Shown here: positions 11,940-22,989 of the stretch, piece after piece
Position numbering within the stretch: position 1 is the stretch's first letter
How the letters are laid out: each line of letters opens with the position of its first letter
Source of the DNA: Mobula hypostoma
Taxonomy: Eukaryota
Reading direction: 5' to 3'
Assembly: GCF_963921235.1 (NCBI RefSeq)
Contig: NC_086108.1
Span: forward strand, 13,144,001 to 13,208,000
DNA length: 64,000 nucleotides
The notes under the pieces: generated by a model
Database searches by the model: none
What the model was told of the DNA's origin: nothing
Seen by the model: the letters and a program-made list of their open reading frames with translations, nothing else
Made by a program: the position numbers and the translations under genes

Positions 11940-13140
11940 ACATACAAAATGCTGGAGGAACTCAGCAGACCAAGTAGCAACTATGAAAAAGTGTTAACAG
12001 TTGACGTTTTGGGCCAAGAATCTTTATCAGGACTGAAAAAAGGAAATGAGAAGTGAGAGTAAGAAAGTGGAGGAGGGGTAGAAGAAGTACAAGGTAGTCG
12101 GTGATGTGTGAAACTGGGAGAAGGGGAGGGGAGAAGGAAAGAGCTGGGAAGTCAATTGGTGAAAGGGATAAAGGGCTGGAGAAGGGAGAATCTGATAGGA
12201 GAGGGCTGAAGGCCGTGGAAGAAAGGGTAGGGGGAGGAGCGTCAGAGGGAGGTGATTGGTGATAGAAGATGAGGTGAGAGAGGGAAACAAGGATAGGGAA
12301 TAGTGAAAGTGGGAAGCAACTATTGGAAATTCAAGAAATCGATGTTCATGCTATCAGGAAGGAGGCTACCCAGACAGAGTATGGGGTGTTGTTCCTCCAA
12401 CCTGAGTGTGGCCTCATCACAACAGTAGAGGAGGCGATGAACAGACATGTCAGAATGGCAATGGAAGTAGATTTGAAATGGATGGCCACCAGGAGATTCT
12501 GCCTTTTCTGACAGACAGAGTACAGGTGCTTGGTGAAGCAGACTCCCAATCTTCGTCGGGTCTCACCAATATACAGGAAACCACACCAGGAGCACTGGAT
12601 ACAGTAGATGACCCCAACGGACTGACAGGTGAAGTGTCGCCTCACCTGGAATGGCTGTTTGGTGCCCTGAATAGTAGTGAAGGAGGAGGTGTAAGGGTTG
12701 GTGTGGCACTTGTCCTGCTTGCAAAGATAAGTACCGGGAGGGAGATCAGTGGGGAGGGGCAAATGGACAAGGGAGGCGCTTAGGGAACGATCCCTGTGGA
12801 AAGCAGAAATTCGGGAGGAGGGAAAGATATGCTTGGTGGTGGGATCCCATCAGAGATGGCAGAAGTTATGGAGAATAATGTGTTGGACACGATAGGCGAG
12901 GACAAGAGGAACCCTATCCTTGGAGGGGTGATGAGTGGATGGGGTGCGAGCGGACATGCGTGAAATGGAAGATGCAGTTGAGGGCAGTGTTGGTGTGGAG
13001 GAAGGGAAGCCCATTTCTTTGAAGAAGGAGGACATCTCTTTAGTTCTGGAATGAAAAGCCTCATCCTGAGAGCAGATGCAGCAGAGACAGAGGAACTGAG
13101 AGAAGGGAATGGCATTTTTACAAGTGACAGGGTGGGTATG
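11940..13140 (-). mobile_element. Penelope-like element (PLE) 3' part: GIY-YIG endonuclease remnant plus pseudo-LTR
   Basis: ORF 12346-12762 has FQVRRHFTCQSVGVIYCIQCSWCGFLYIGETRRRLG..F..HL (GIY-YIG). The distal end carries a degenerate hammerhead motif at 11998-12035. Confidence 0.85.
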
Positions 13141-13504
13141 ACAGAAATGGCGAAAAAGATCCCCTGCATGCTCTCATCCACCCCATGACACCTTATTCTT
13201 CCTCCTGTCACCTCCATCCTTTTCCTCTCTCCCTGCTGTCCCCCTCTGCCCCCTCTCTATTGTCAGAGCCCTGTGCCTGTTATAATCCCTGTAATGTTTT
13301 GTAACTTCAAAACATTAAATTAATTCAAATGAAGGCACAGGAGTCCAAAATGTACGTCTAACTTCGTGCTTATTTTAAGCAAGGTGCACAGGTATCACAT
13401 GGTAGCGTGATGACATATGGAATTCACGTATTTGTACATATAACCCATGATCGATAATTTGAATGAACAAGAACATTTGGTCAACCAGTCTATAGACAGG
13501 ATTA

Positions 13505-13785
13505 TGCACCATGGTAGAGTAGTGGTTAATACAACACAGTACAGTACCAGCAACCCAGATTCAGTTCCCAATGCTGTCTGTAAGGAGTTTGTATATCCTC
13601 TCCATGACCAAGTAGGTTTCCTCCAGGTGCTCCAGTGCCCTCCCACAATCCAAAGATGCTCCGGTTGGTAGGTCAATTGGTCATTGTAAATTGTCCTGTG
13701 ATTAGACTGGCATTGAACCAGGGGTTGCTGGGAGGTGCAGTTCGAAGGGATGAAAGGACCTATTCAGCATTGTTTCTCAATGAGT
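13505..13785 (+). mobile_element. tRNA-derived V-SINE/HE1-like SINE
   Basis: tggtagagtagtggttaatac...ggtttcctccaggtgctccagtgccctcccacaatccaaaga. Confidence 0.7.
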
Positions 13786-14024
13786 ACAAGTAACATCTTT
13801 CCTCCATTAACTCCATTAGTGACATTAACTTTGGATTTTACCCACACTTACCTGTAACACACCACAAACTGCGCATAGCCGCCACGGCCCATTTGTGATG
13901 CCCTCGCACTATCCTCACCCTGCCAGGATGAGACGGTTTCCTCCCACAGTCCAAAGACGTAATAAAACGGAAATATTAAATACACAGCAATCGCAGAACC
14001 TGACATTGTGCCGCTTTGATCCAG

Positions 14025-14174
14025 CCCGGTTCCAGCAATACAACAGCCTGCGGGTGGAGGAATGTGGAATTCTGAACGGCTGTGAGAATGGCAGGTGTGT
14101 CCGTGTGCCTGAAGGCTTCACCTGTCACTGTGATGCCGGCTACAGACTCGACATGACCAAGATGACTTGCATTG
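14025..14174 (+). CDS. LTBP4: LTBP4 exon, EGF-like domain
   Basis: gatccag|CC...ATTG|gtacgg, 150 bp. [50 protein letters not shown]. '[10 protein letters not shown]' and 'YRLDMT' are LTBP4-like. Confidence 0.92.
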
Positions 14175-14655
14175 GTACGGAGTTGGAAGGGGGTGCTGGT
14201 GCAGGGGGAAGGGAGGCGCTGGGGGTTTGGAAGCTCGGCTTTAGGCCACAGTGAGGCAGGTTGGCCCAACAGCTGCTTCAGGCCAGGATAATGGCTCCTC
14301 TCACACACCCAGCTCAGAGATTTATTTTATCGAAAAACTGCACGTCCACAGAGTGTGATAACTCAAGTGTACTCCTGCGGTGTGCGAGCTGGCTGTGAGT
14401 GGATGCTACAAGAGGTGTGTCTGTGTGTGTGTGTGTGTGTGTCTGGGGTGCACAGGGGATGTGGGGGGGGGGAAATGAGTGTGCAGAGGGGTGAGTCCAT
14501 TAATGGATCTGCAGGGGAGAGGGTGCACGTGGGTGTGAGTCTGTGGGGAATGAGTGTGACAAGCTATTTGTTGAGGAGTGGGAACTAAGTGGGTTGTGAA
14601 GTTAGTGAGAATGATGAGCTGAACACAGCCGCTAACACATTTCCTTTGGTTTCAG

Positions 14656-14825
14656 ATATAAACGAGTGTGACGAAGTTGAAGATCCCAAAGTTCTCTGCA
14701 GAAATGCCAAATGCGTTAACACGGACGGCTCGTATCGATGCATCTGCTTACGCGGTTACGTGCTGTCACGCCAGCCCAATTACTGCACAACCGTGCAGGG
14801 GAGCATGAGGGGGGCAGGCTTGTGA
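14656..14825 (+). CDS. LTBP4: LTBP4 terminal coding exon, final cbEGF and stop
   Basis: tttcag|AT acceptor. (D)INECDEVEDPKVLCRNAKCVNTDGSYRCICLRGYVLSRQPNYCTTVQGSMRGAGL*, TGA at 14823-14825. Confidence 0.93.
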
Positions 14826-15214
14826 AACCAAAGATTAAGAATAGCAACCAGTTCCACGTTTAAGAGACGAGTGGAGCATTGTTGAATAATCAGGGTGGGA
14901 GGTATTTATTTCACTGCTATTTAATTGATATTGGGGAGAGGCGGGGAGAAGCACAACTTATCATATGAGAGCACTTGGACTTCGAGTTTTTAACTGGGAT
15001 TGTACTGGTCTTCAATCCAGCAGCTCTGCATTCCATCAGAACCTGACCTGCTGGCAGCAACTGTTCCTTGTATATAACGGTCCAGTATCATTAAAAACAA
15101 TCTGGTCTGCATACAATGAATTAATATCATGCAATGTTGTTGTTGAATCTATTGTACTCAGAGTCCATGCTGATAGCTGTCTCAGTTTCGCTGAGCCACC
15201 TACAGATGACTCAC

Positions 15215-15600
15215 TATTAATTTTGCTCACTGACCATTACACCGCTGGCATTTAGAGCAGCAATGAGAGTCCTTTATCTCTGGTATTGTTCATCATGTCA
15301 GTAGCTTCCTCTCTGTCTTCACTGGCAGTCACGCAGGTCCCGGGTGGAGACTCAGGAGTATCGTTGCACTCAGATGTTGAAGGATTCTTCATTGCTGTCT
15401 CCAGAAGAGTTTTGTTTTATCAGTCAGGGTTGTCAGCCCTGAGCTGGAGGGCTGGACCACTCTTAGTCTGCCCTCTACCCTTTGACCATTTGGCATGGGT
15501 GACCCTACCAAGCCCTGACTGCAGCCAGCAGAGCTCTCTGGGTCATTGAGGCACACAAGCCTCCAATCCCTACGACGAGGTTGTGGTCCTCTTGGAGGTG
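15215..15600 (-). mobile_element. Bipartite RTE-derived element, antisense in the presumed LTBP4 3' UTR
   Basis: Reverse complement aligns by eye over ~380 bp with 8720-9125. Confidence 0.65.
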
Positions 15601-15944
15601 ACTATTTATTGAATGGGTAATATATTTCACTACCATCTTTCAGGCTTCTATCCCTCCTTCCACCCTCAGAGAAACTCCTTTACGCTGCCGTGGCGCAGAA
15701 TAGGACTTTATTGTCATTGCTCAAGACAATGAGATTGCATTGTCTCATTGAGGCTGATCGACTAAGCAACTAATGCAAGTATGATGATCTATCGCCAATA
15801 GCTCACATGAGCCAGTCAAGCAGTGGGGCAGCTTACATCTTCTTCAGGATTATCAGAGGACCCTTTTGAATCAGGGTATCAACTGTACATCTTGCAATCC
15901 TGAACTCTGTTACTGGGCAGCAAGCAACACTAAGGGATGTAGTA

Positions 15945-15950
15945 AATAAA
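15945..15950 (+). terminator. Candidate polyadenylation signal for LTBP4
   Basis: First AATAAA I noticed in non-repeat sequence downstream of the stop. No transcript evidence. Confidence 0.3.
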
Positions 15951-18900
15951 GCTGGAATTCAGCTGGGATTTGCCAGAAATTTGGGCTACAATCGCTATGG
16001 ACTCTGATCTGAAATGGATGTTACCCACTCCACCACAAGGAACATACAATCTGTCTCCGCAGTCAGAGTGTAAGTGGTCCATTAAGTTCCTCCTTTGGCT
16101 CATTTAAGTGGCTTGTCACTTCTTTGAAGGAATTGGGGCTATTGTTTATCTTGCAATAGTGCTGGACCCAGGGTCATAGAGTTGTAGGAGAGTACAGCAC
16201 AGAAACAGGTCCTTCAGCCCATCTAGTCCATGCTGAACGATTTAGACTGTCTACTCCCATTGACCTGCACCTCCGTATCCCTACCATCGATAAGCTTCTC
16301 TTAAACGTTGAAATTGAGCTGACATGCACCACTCATGGTGACAGCTCATTCCACGCTCTCACCACCGTCTGAGTGAAAAAGTTTCCCCTCATGTTGCCCT
16401 TCAACTTTTCCTCCTTTCACCCTTAACCCATGACCTCTGGTTGTAGTCCCACCTAACCTCAGTGGAAAAAGCCTGTCATAATTCTGTAAGAGTTTTCAGG
16501 CTGTTTCTCAAAGGTGAGTTTCAGGGATTCAGAGAGCGCGTGGTGCAGTCAGCACTGTTGTCTATTCCTCATTTCCTTTGAGAAGCTGGCGTGCCCTGCC
16601 TTCCTGAAGTGGTGCAGTTCTTCTGGTGAAGATTCTGCCATAAAGCTGTTGGATAAGGAGCTCCAGAATTCAGAGCCAACGGGGAAGGGGTGTAGAGCCA
16701 TCAATTCTTCTTTTAGCCTTAAAAGAGCAGAGCGAGGGAGGGACTGCACTGGCGAGCATTCATCCTGCCACCAACTACCCACTCCTCATCAACAGTGCAT
16801 TGGTTCTGCCCTAAACACTTTGGCCATAAAGTGGCTTCCAACTCTGTGAATTCGATTTCCATCCATTCAGGTAATACTGGAGAGTCAAACATCAGATTGA
16901 TAACGAGGCATCGGTTCGTCCATATTCCCCACCCGGGCACTACGGTATCTCTTCCAGAGTTCACTCTCTGAGATCGCTGCTTCTGTGCTTAGTTCTTCCG
17001 TTACAGTCCTGGAAGGAACACCTCCATCTCCTTGCAATGTGTCTGTAGAGAGAGCGAAAGACTGGGATCAGATTCTGTGAAAGGCAATGTTTACCAATGG
17101 GCAATCCCAAAATATCCAGAAAGAATAATTAGAATTAGAGTCAGAGTCGGGTTTAATATCACCCACCAGCATGTGTCGTGAGATTTGTTGTCTTTTCAGT
17201 GGCAGTACATCGCAATACATAATGCAGACAAAAACGTGAATTACAGTGAATATATATACTTATGGTAATTCACATTTTGTCTCTTACGTATTGCATTTTA
17301 ACACATATATAAAATAGTAAAATAAGTAGTGCAAAAATAGAAATAAAAAAGTAGTGAGGTAGTGTTGATGGGTCCATTCAGAAATCTGATGGCAGAGGGG
17401 AAGAAGCTGCCCTGGAACATGAATGAAATTGCTGCAGTGTTGGTAACTACTGCAATATCATCCATGCAGTCTCAATTGAGCAAGCCCATGTTTCACACTG
17501 TTCATTCATTTGTTCGTTCATCGTGTGCCGAGTCCTATGAGGTGGGCGTTCATGGTCTTTCCATAAACGTGACTGTTCTCGGCAACTGTTTCGACTGAAG
17601 CTGTTTGCCATTGCCTTCTTCTGGACATGCCTCCCCAGCCATCATAATGCTCACCAGAAATTGCCTGGTATCAGTGGTCGCATCACCAGGACTTGTGATC
17701 TGCACCAGCTGCTCAAACAACATTCCACCACTTGCTCCCGTGGCCTCACGTGACCCTGATCAGTGGGGGGGGGGGAGAGAGGGGAAGTAGGTGCTACACA
17801 TTGTCCCCTACCCCTCCTTTGGCAGTGTCACATCTCCACCCGCCCCATCACCCCCCCCGCCATACCTTGCCTCAATATCTCAGATTTAGAACAGAGCAGG
17901 ACCAATGGAAATCTCAGAATATTCCCAAATGTTATCACCTTAACTAGTACCTATGAATATCATTGTACTTTCACTCGAAATACTGCATCTTTTGTATAAC
18001 TTTAAAAAGAATGAGCGCATCTTTTTAGCCTGATGTACTGTCTTTCTATACTTTGTTAATCATCTCAAATTAAAAGACAAATTAAGATGTGCCCTAAATA
18101 TTGCTGTATTGTAAATTCTTATCTGAGACAGAGTTTGAAGTTTTTGCCACCATAGCGTCACAGGTGGTTTTTAAACCATTTCTTACAGAAATTTAGACCT
18201 GTACATTCTAGGTGTTTTGCTATGTTATCAACTAAAAACTGGGCTGGTTCTGCTTGCCGCTCTGCGCCGTTTATTCAGCTCAGCACCGAACTGAGGCAGC
18301 GGCCTGCTCCAACTGCAATGATGCCTGGCTTCGCATCTTTCATAAAACTTCAGTTGTGAATGCTATTTGCTTACTTTTATTGGTTGCTCAATTTTTCTTC
18401 CTCTCTGTGTATTGGGTGTTTGAAAATCTTTTTTTTAAAATAGGTTCATTTTGGGTTTCTTTGTTCTGTGGCTGCCTACAAGGAGATGAATCTCAAGCTT
18501 GTATAATGTATACATACTTTGATAATGAACTTGGAACTTTAAAATCTGACATTTGACCACGAGAAGACATGAAAACACATGCTAACTGTCTTGGAGCAAA
18601 AAGCAGAGAAGCTGAGGGAGGGATTTCCAGGGACTGCAGCATCAGTAGCTAAAGCTACAGTCACTATGAGAATGCATTTGAAAGTCAGAAATAGAGGAAT
18701 GCAGCTTTCCACAATGCTGGAAGGGGTTTCAGAGGTAGGAGGGATTAAGCCTGAGAATACAGGCCTGAGAAGTTCAAAGTTAAAGTGTTGCTTACACAAA
18801 GATTCAAAGTACATTCATTATCAAAATATATATGCAGTATATAACCCTGAGATTCGTCTTCCTACAGACAGCCATGATACAAAGACCAACCATGGAACCT

Positions 18901-21099
18901 ATTCAAAGAAAAAACATAAACCTCCCCTTCTACCCTCATAACAAAATATTGCACAAACATCAACAGAACAAAGCGAAAACACAGAATATAAAACATCAGA
19001 CCACAAAGTCATCAAAACAGTCCGAGAATATTCAGTTCAGTTCAATCTAGCACTGTTGTGTTTGTTGACTTCAGGCCGCAGAACCAGTCTGCCCTGATCA
19101 AAATCGCACAAACAACAACAAGGAAGGAGCAACCAGGAATCAGAAACACATCGTAACATAAACTACAGAATGCAATCTACAAACTGCACCAATTAAACCT
19201 TGTTCAAGACCCAAGACTCTAGCACTATCCTCCAGCAGCATCGAGCAACGGGGGTGGGGGGGGGGCGGAGGAGAGAGAGCGAGAGACAGACTGTTTATAC
19301 GCAGACCCTAGCTAGCGTCATCTTCTTCATCCTTGGAACCAACTAAGGTCAGGGAGTACATAGAAATGGAGTCTGGTGTGAGTCAGAATGCAGGCTGGAA
19401 CATGAATTTACCGAAACTGGGTAGAGGGAGCTGACAAGAGAAGTGCGGGAAAAGTTGTGCCTGGAGTGTTGAGGCAAGGGACAGGGCCAGGCAATGTTAC
19501 AGAGCTAGGAAAAACAGGTAATTAGAAGTAATTATGAGGTCTTGCCTGCAACTCTGGTTCACAGTTCAACTTTGGGTAGTTGTTCGTGAAGGGTTGGAGT
19601 TAGCTGTCAGGGAAACGAGTTTGGGATAGGGACCATGTCCTACATCTTAACTCCTAACAATAATTGGTTGATGTAAATGACTTTGTCTGAACTGGGCTGT
19701 CACAATTGATCAAAACACTATTGGGGAGAAATCTGATTGACTTAACATTTTATCTCTGAACAATACCCAACCCACCAGCACCCTTGTGAGAACTTGCTTC
19801 AGCCAAATCCTAGCAGTATAGAAAATCTGACTAGCTTCATATTAGTATAAATCATCTCCAAGGATTGCCACCTTGCCGTGGTGGAGAGGCTTGTGAAACT
19901 CCAAGATGCTGAGAACAATGCCTTCTGGAGTTAAGCTTCTGGTAGGGTCACTCATCGCAGTAAGGTCAAGGGGGAGGTTCCAGACAAAGAGTGATCCAAC
20001 CAAGACGTCAACGGTGGAGCTGGCGGAAGATGATGACACATCACTGAAGGGTCCCTAGTTGAGTTGCACTCCATGTCACTGGACCCTGACCCCAATCTGT
20101 CAAAGACCATATGGTGGCTGCCTGTGCGTCAGCCTCCCCACATTACAATCACACTCAGGCATTCTCCATTAAGGTAACAATCCTTTGGGAGTATACCATG
20201 CACATTACTAATATAAATACAATATGTGTGTTTAATATTGATTAATGCTACATTCCCTGCACAGAGATCCATTGCACTGTCATTGGGGATGATAGTTTAC
20301 CTCAACCTACAACTAAGACTAAAGTGGAGCCTTGCTGCCATACGTTTAAAAATTTAACCACTGGATATACAAATCCACACTCAGTGTGCAAGACAAAAGG
20401 GATAGAACCCTGTGAACAGACTTCCAATCAATCTGTACAAATTTGGCTGGATTGGTGGATCCTATCTGGCAGTAAGATCACCTGTAAGCCAGAAGGAAGC
20501 AGCAGAGGCTAGCTTATTAGATATATTATTGAAGATACTGATTATTGCATGGCAGGGGAAATAAGGGTTTCAGAGAAAAGGCAGGTAGATGTAGCTAAGT
20601 CCATGGCTAGAGCATTGCCTGATTGGCAGGGGATAAAGAGTATGAATAAAGGGGGCCTTTTCTGGTTGGCTGCCAGTGACTAGTGGTGTTCAGCAAGGTA
20701 TGGTGTTGGGACCACTTCTTTTTATGTTGTCTTTCTTTCTTTATTAATCTTTTTATTGATTTAAAAGGAACATAAATACAAACAAGAGGAGAATTACTCT
20801 CAAATATATATATATCAATATCAATAACAATACAAACAGATTGAAATAGACATTATCAAAATCATACATAGTGTTAAGCTAGTATATAATATATAATAAA
20901 AAAGAAAACAGCAATTCTCCTCTTATCAGTTCATGAAGAGGAAAGAAAAAACTTTGAATTTTAAATGAAGGAAAAAACCCCACTACACTATACAAAAAAA
21001 GGAGAAAAACGGGACTGGGCAGACCATTCTGAGGATACGACCAAAAAAAAAAGACTTTCTGATCAAATCTAAAACTTTGGAAAAAAAGTTGTAAGAGTA

Positions 21100-21890
21100 A
21101 TATCAAATTAAGTGTATTAGATTTATTACTTTTGCAGAAGGATTTACGACTCAATTACGTTGGCTGATACCTGATCTCGAATTGAATTAAGAGGTGGCAA
21201 AACTCTTCCCGAAGCTGAACAAACAAAGAAATCAGGGGAAGTCTCTACTTCAGAAAGAATGCTCTCTGTAATAGAAGTTATAGATGCCAAGAGCGGTACG
21301 GTAAACACCAAAATTGATAAGCTGACAAACACTAATGAAAAGCTTGAAAAAACTATTTTTGCTGTTCAGGAATCTTTGAAGAATCTGGAAGATCAATATC
21401 AGATGCTTAAACAGAGCACTCCTAGAATTGAAAGAGAACAAGAGTCAACGAGTCAAACTATTAAAGAACAAGAATTGAAATTATCTTCTATGGAAAAGAA
21501 AATTAGTGAGGTTACTTCGGAGTTATCAAGAATTAAGAAGAAAACGATCGATCTGGAAAGCAGAAGTCGCAGGATGAATTTACGCATACTGGGTTTGCCT
21601 GAAAATACGGAAACCGGTGAGCCATTAAAGTTCTTTTCGAACATACGTTATATTCACTTTTTAGTGAGATTTTGAAGCCTGTCCGCTACTGGACAGAGCT
21701 TACCGAATTCGACGTCCCAAGCCTTCAGCCGAAATGAAACCTTGTCCTATTATAGTATGTCTGCATTATTTTACAACCAAAGAAGCTATTCTTCGGGATG
21801 CAAGGAAAAGGGATAAGCTAATTTATGACGGAGCAAAGATTCGTATAGTTGAAGATTTTACTCCAGAGGTTTATGTTGAGAGAATTATGT
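21100..21890 (+). mobile_element. L1/Tx1-type ORF1p remnant (coiled coil, RRM, CTD; frameshifted)
   Basis: Heptad-rich region, then DLESRSRRMNLRILGLPE, LDRAYRI, PIIVCLHYFTTKEAILRDAR...KIRIVEDFTPEV. Confidence 0.85.
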
Positions 21891-22128
21891 TGAAAGTTTC
21901 CCCACTAAACTTTTCCCAATGCCAGCTACCAATGACAAGATTTTTGGTTTGACAAACTGCTTCATCCCACCACCAGTGCTGCACTAACAGTGTTGTACCC
22001 ATGATCAGAACTCTAATACAAGAACATTAAGTCAAAGGGTTGGGCAGGGGCTTCGAAGGGTTGGGTGGGGGCTACGAAGGCTACAGTATAGATCTTATTT
22101 AGGAGCTGCATTAAAAGAGTATGCATAG

Positions 22129-22944
22129 TGTGATGAGGTCCTAAATTACCCCTATGAACTGTATTTTTGAAAAGAGAGAGAGAGAGAGTTGTTCAACACC
22201 AGACACCTTGTTATTAAGAGAGAGAGAGGCAAAGACTGCTTGAAGATGGTGTTGTGCTTTCTCTGCAGCATGTTTACACTTTGCAAGGACACTGGCAGCT
22301 TCCAAGTTCTTACAGAGAGAGAAAGGAGGAGCTGCTTGATGGACAGCTGGTGTTCAGCACGGTGAGATAAATAGAAGGTCAGCTGTTAGACCTACAGACA
22401 CATGGTTTTGGACACTGAATGAGCTTTGTTGTGCCCACAGAAAAGGTGGGTTTTGGAGGATCAAACAGGAGAATCGATCAGTGGCTCTCACAGTGTGGAA
22501 AAGGTGTGACTGGTGGGGAGTTATTCGTGTGCCCAACCCTCGCCTGGGTTGATAATTCCACCACAGAAGAATGGTCCCCTTTGTTGTGGTCACTGTCAGT
22601 GACTTCTAAAGGATTTCGGAGGACAACAGGAAGATTGACGGTATCAACTCACCTGAAGACTTAAACCTCTCTCTCTCTCTCCATCACTACTCAACTCAAT
22701 ACCATGAACTGAACTGAATGTTACTCATCATTGTAAGACTATCTATTTACCCCTAGACTTGAAGAAGCTTGGTTTATCTGTTTCCATATATATTAAAAAA
22801 TCATTGCTAACCTGTTTGATATATCTGCATTTATATTACTGTATTGTGTAGTTACTAATAAATGATATTCGTTAATAGCAATACCGGACTCCAAAGTGTT
22901 TTCCACTTCTGCTGGTTCTTTAACCTGTCACGGGGTACGTGACA
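22129..22944 (+). mobile_element. Solo LTR (probably Gypsy-type) with 4-bp TSD ATAG
   Basis: atag|TGTGATG...GTGACA|atag, with TG..CA termini, AATAAA near 22857 and no internal domain. Confidence 0.8.
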
Positions 22945-22989
22945 ATAGTAACATCACACTTAGTGTAACAGTATCAGAGCACTGTGTGT

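Noticed and set aside
2837..14825. LTBP1/2/3 or fibrillin assignment
   Set aside because: The TB-cbEGF2-TB-linker-EGF-cbEGF-stop architecture is [18 protein letters not shown], the long linker and SHKBP1 linkage favour LTBP4. This was not tested phylogenetically.
21259..21952. Domesticated L1TD1-like gene
   Set aside because: The ORF is frameshifted and truncated, with no exon structure.
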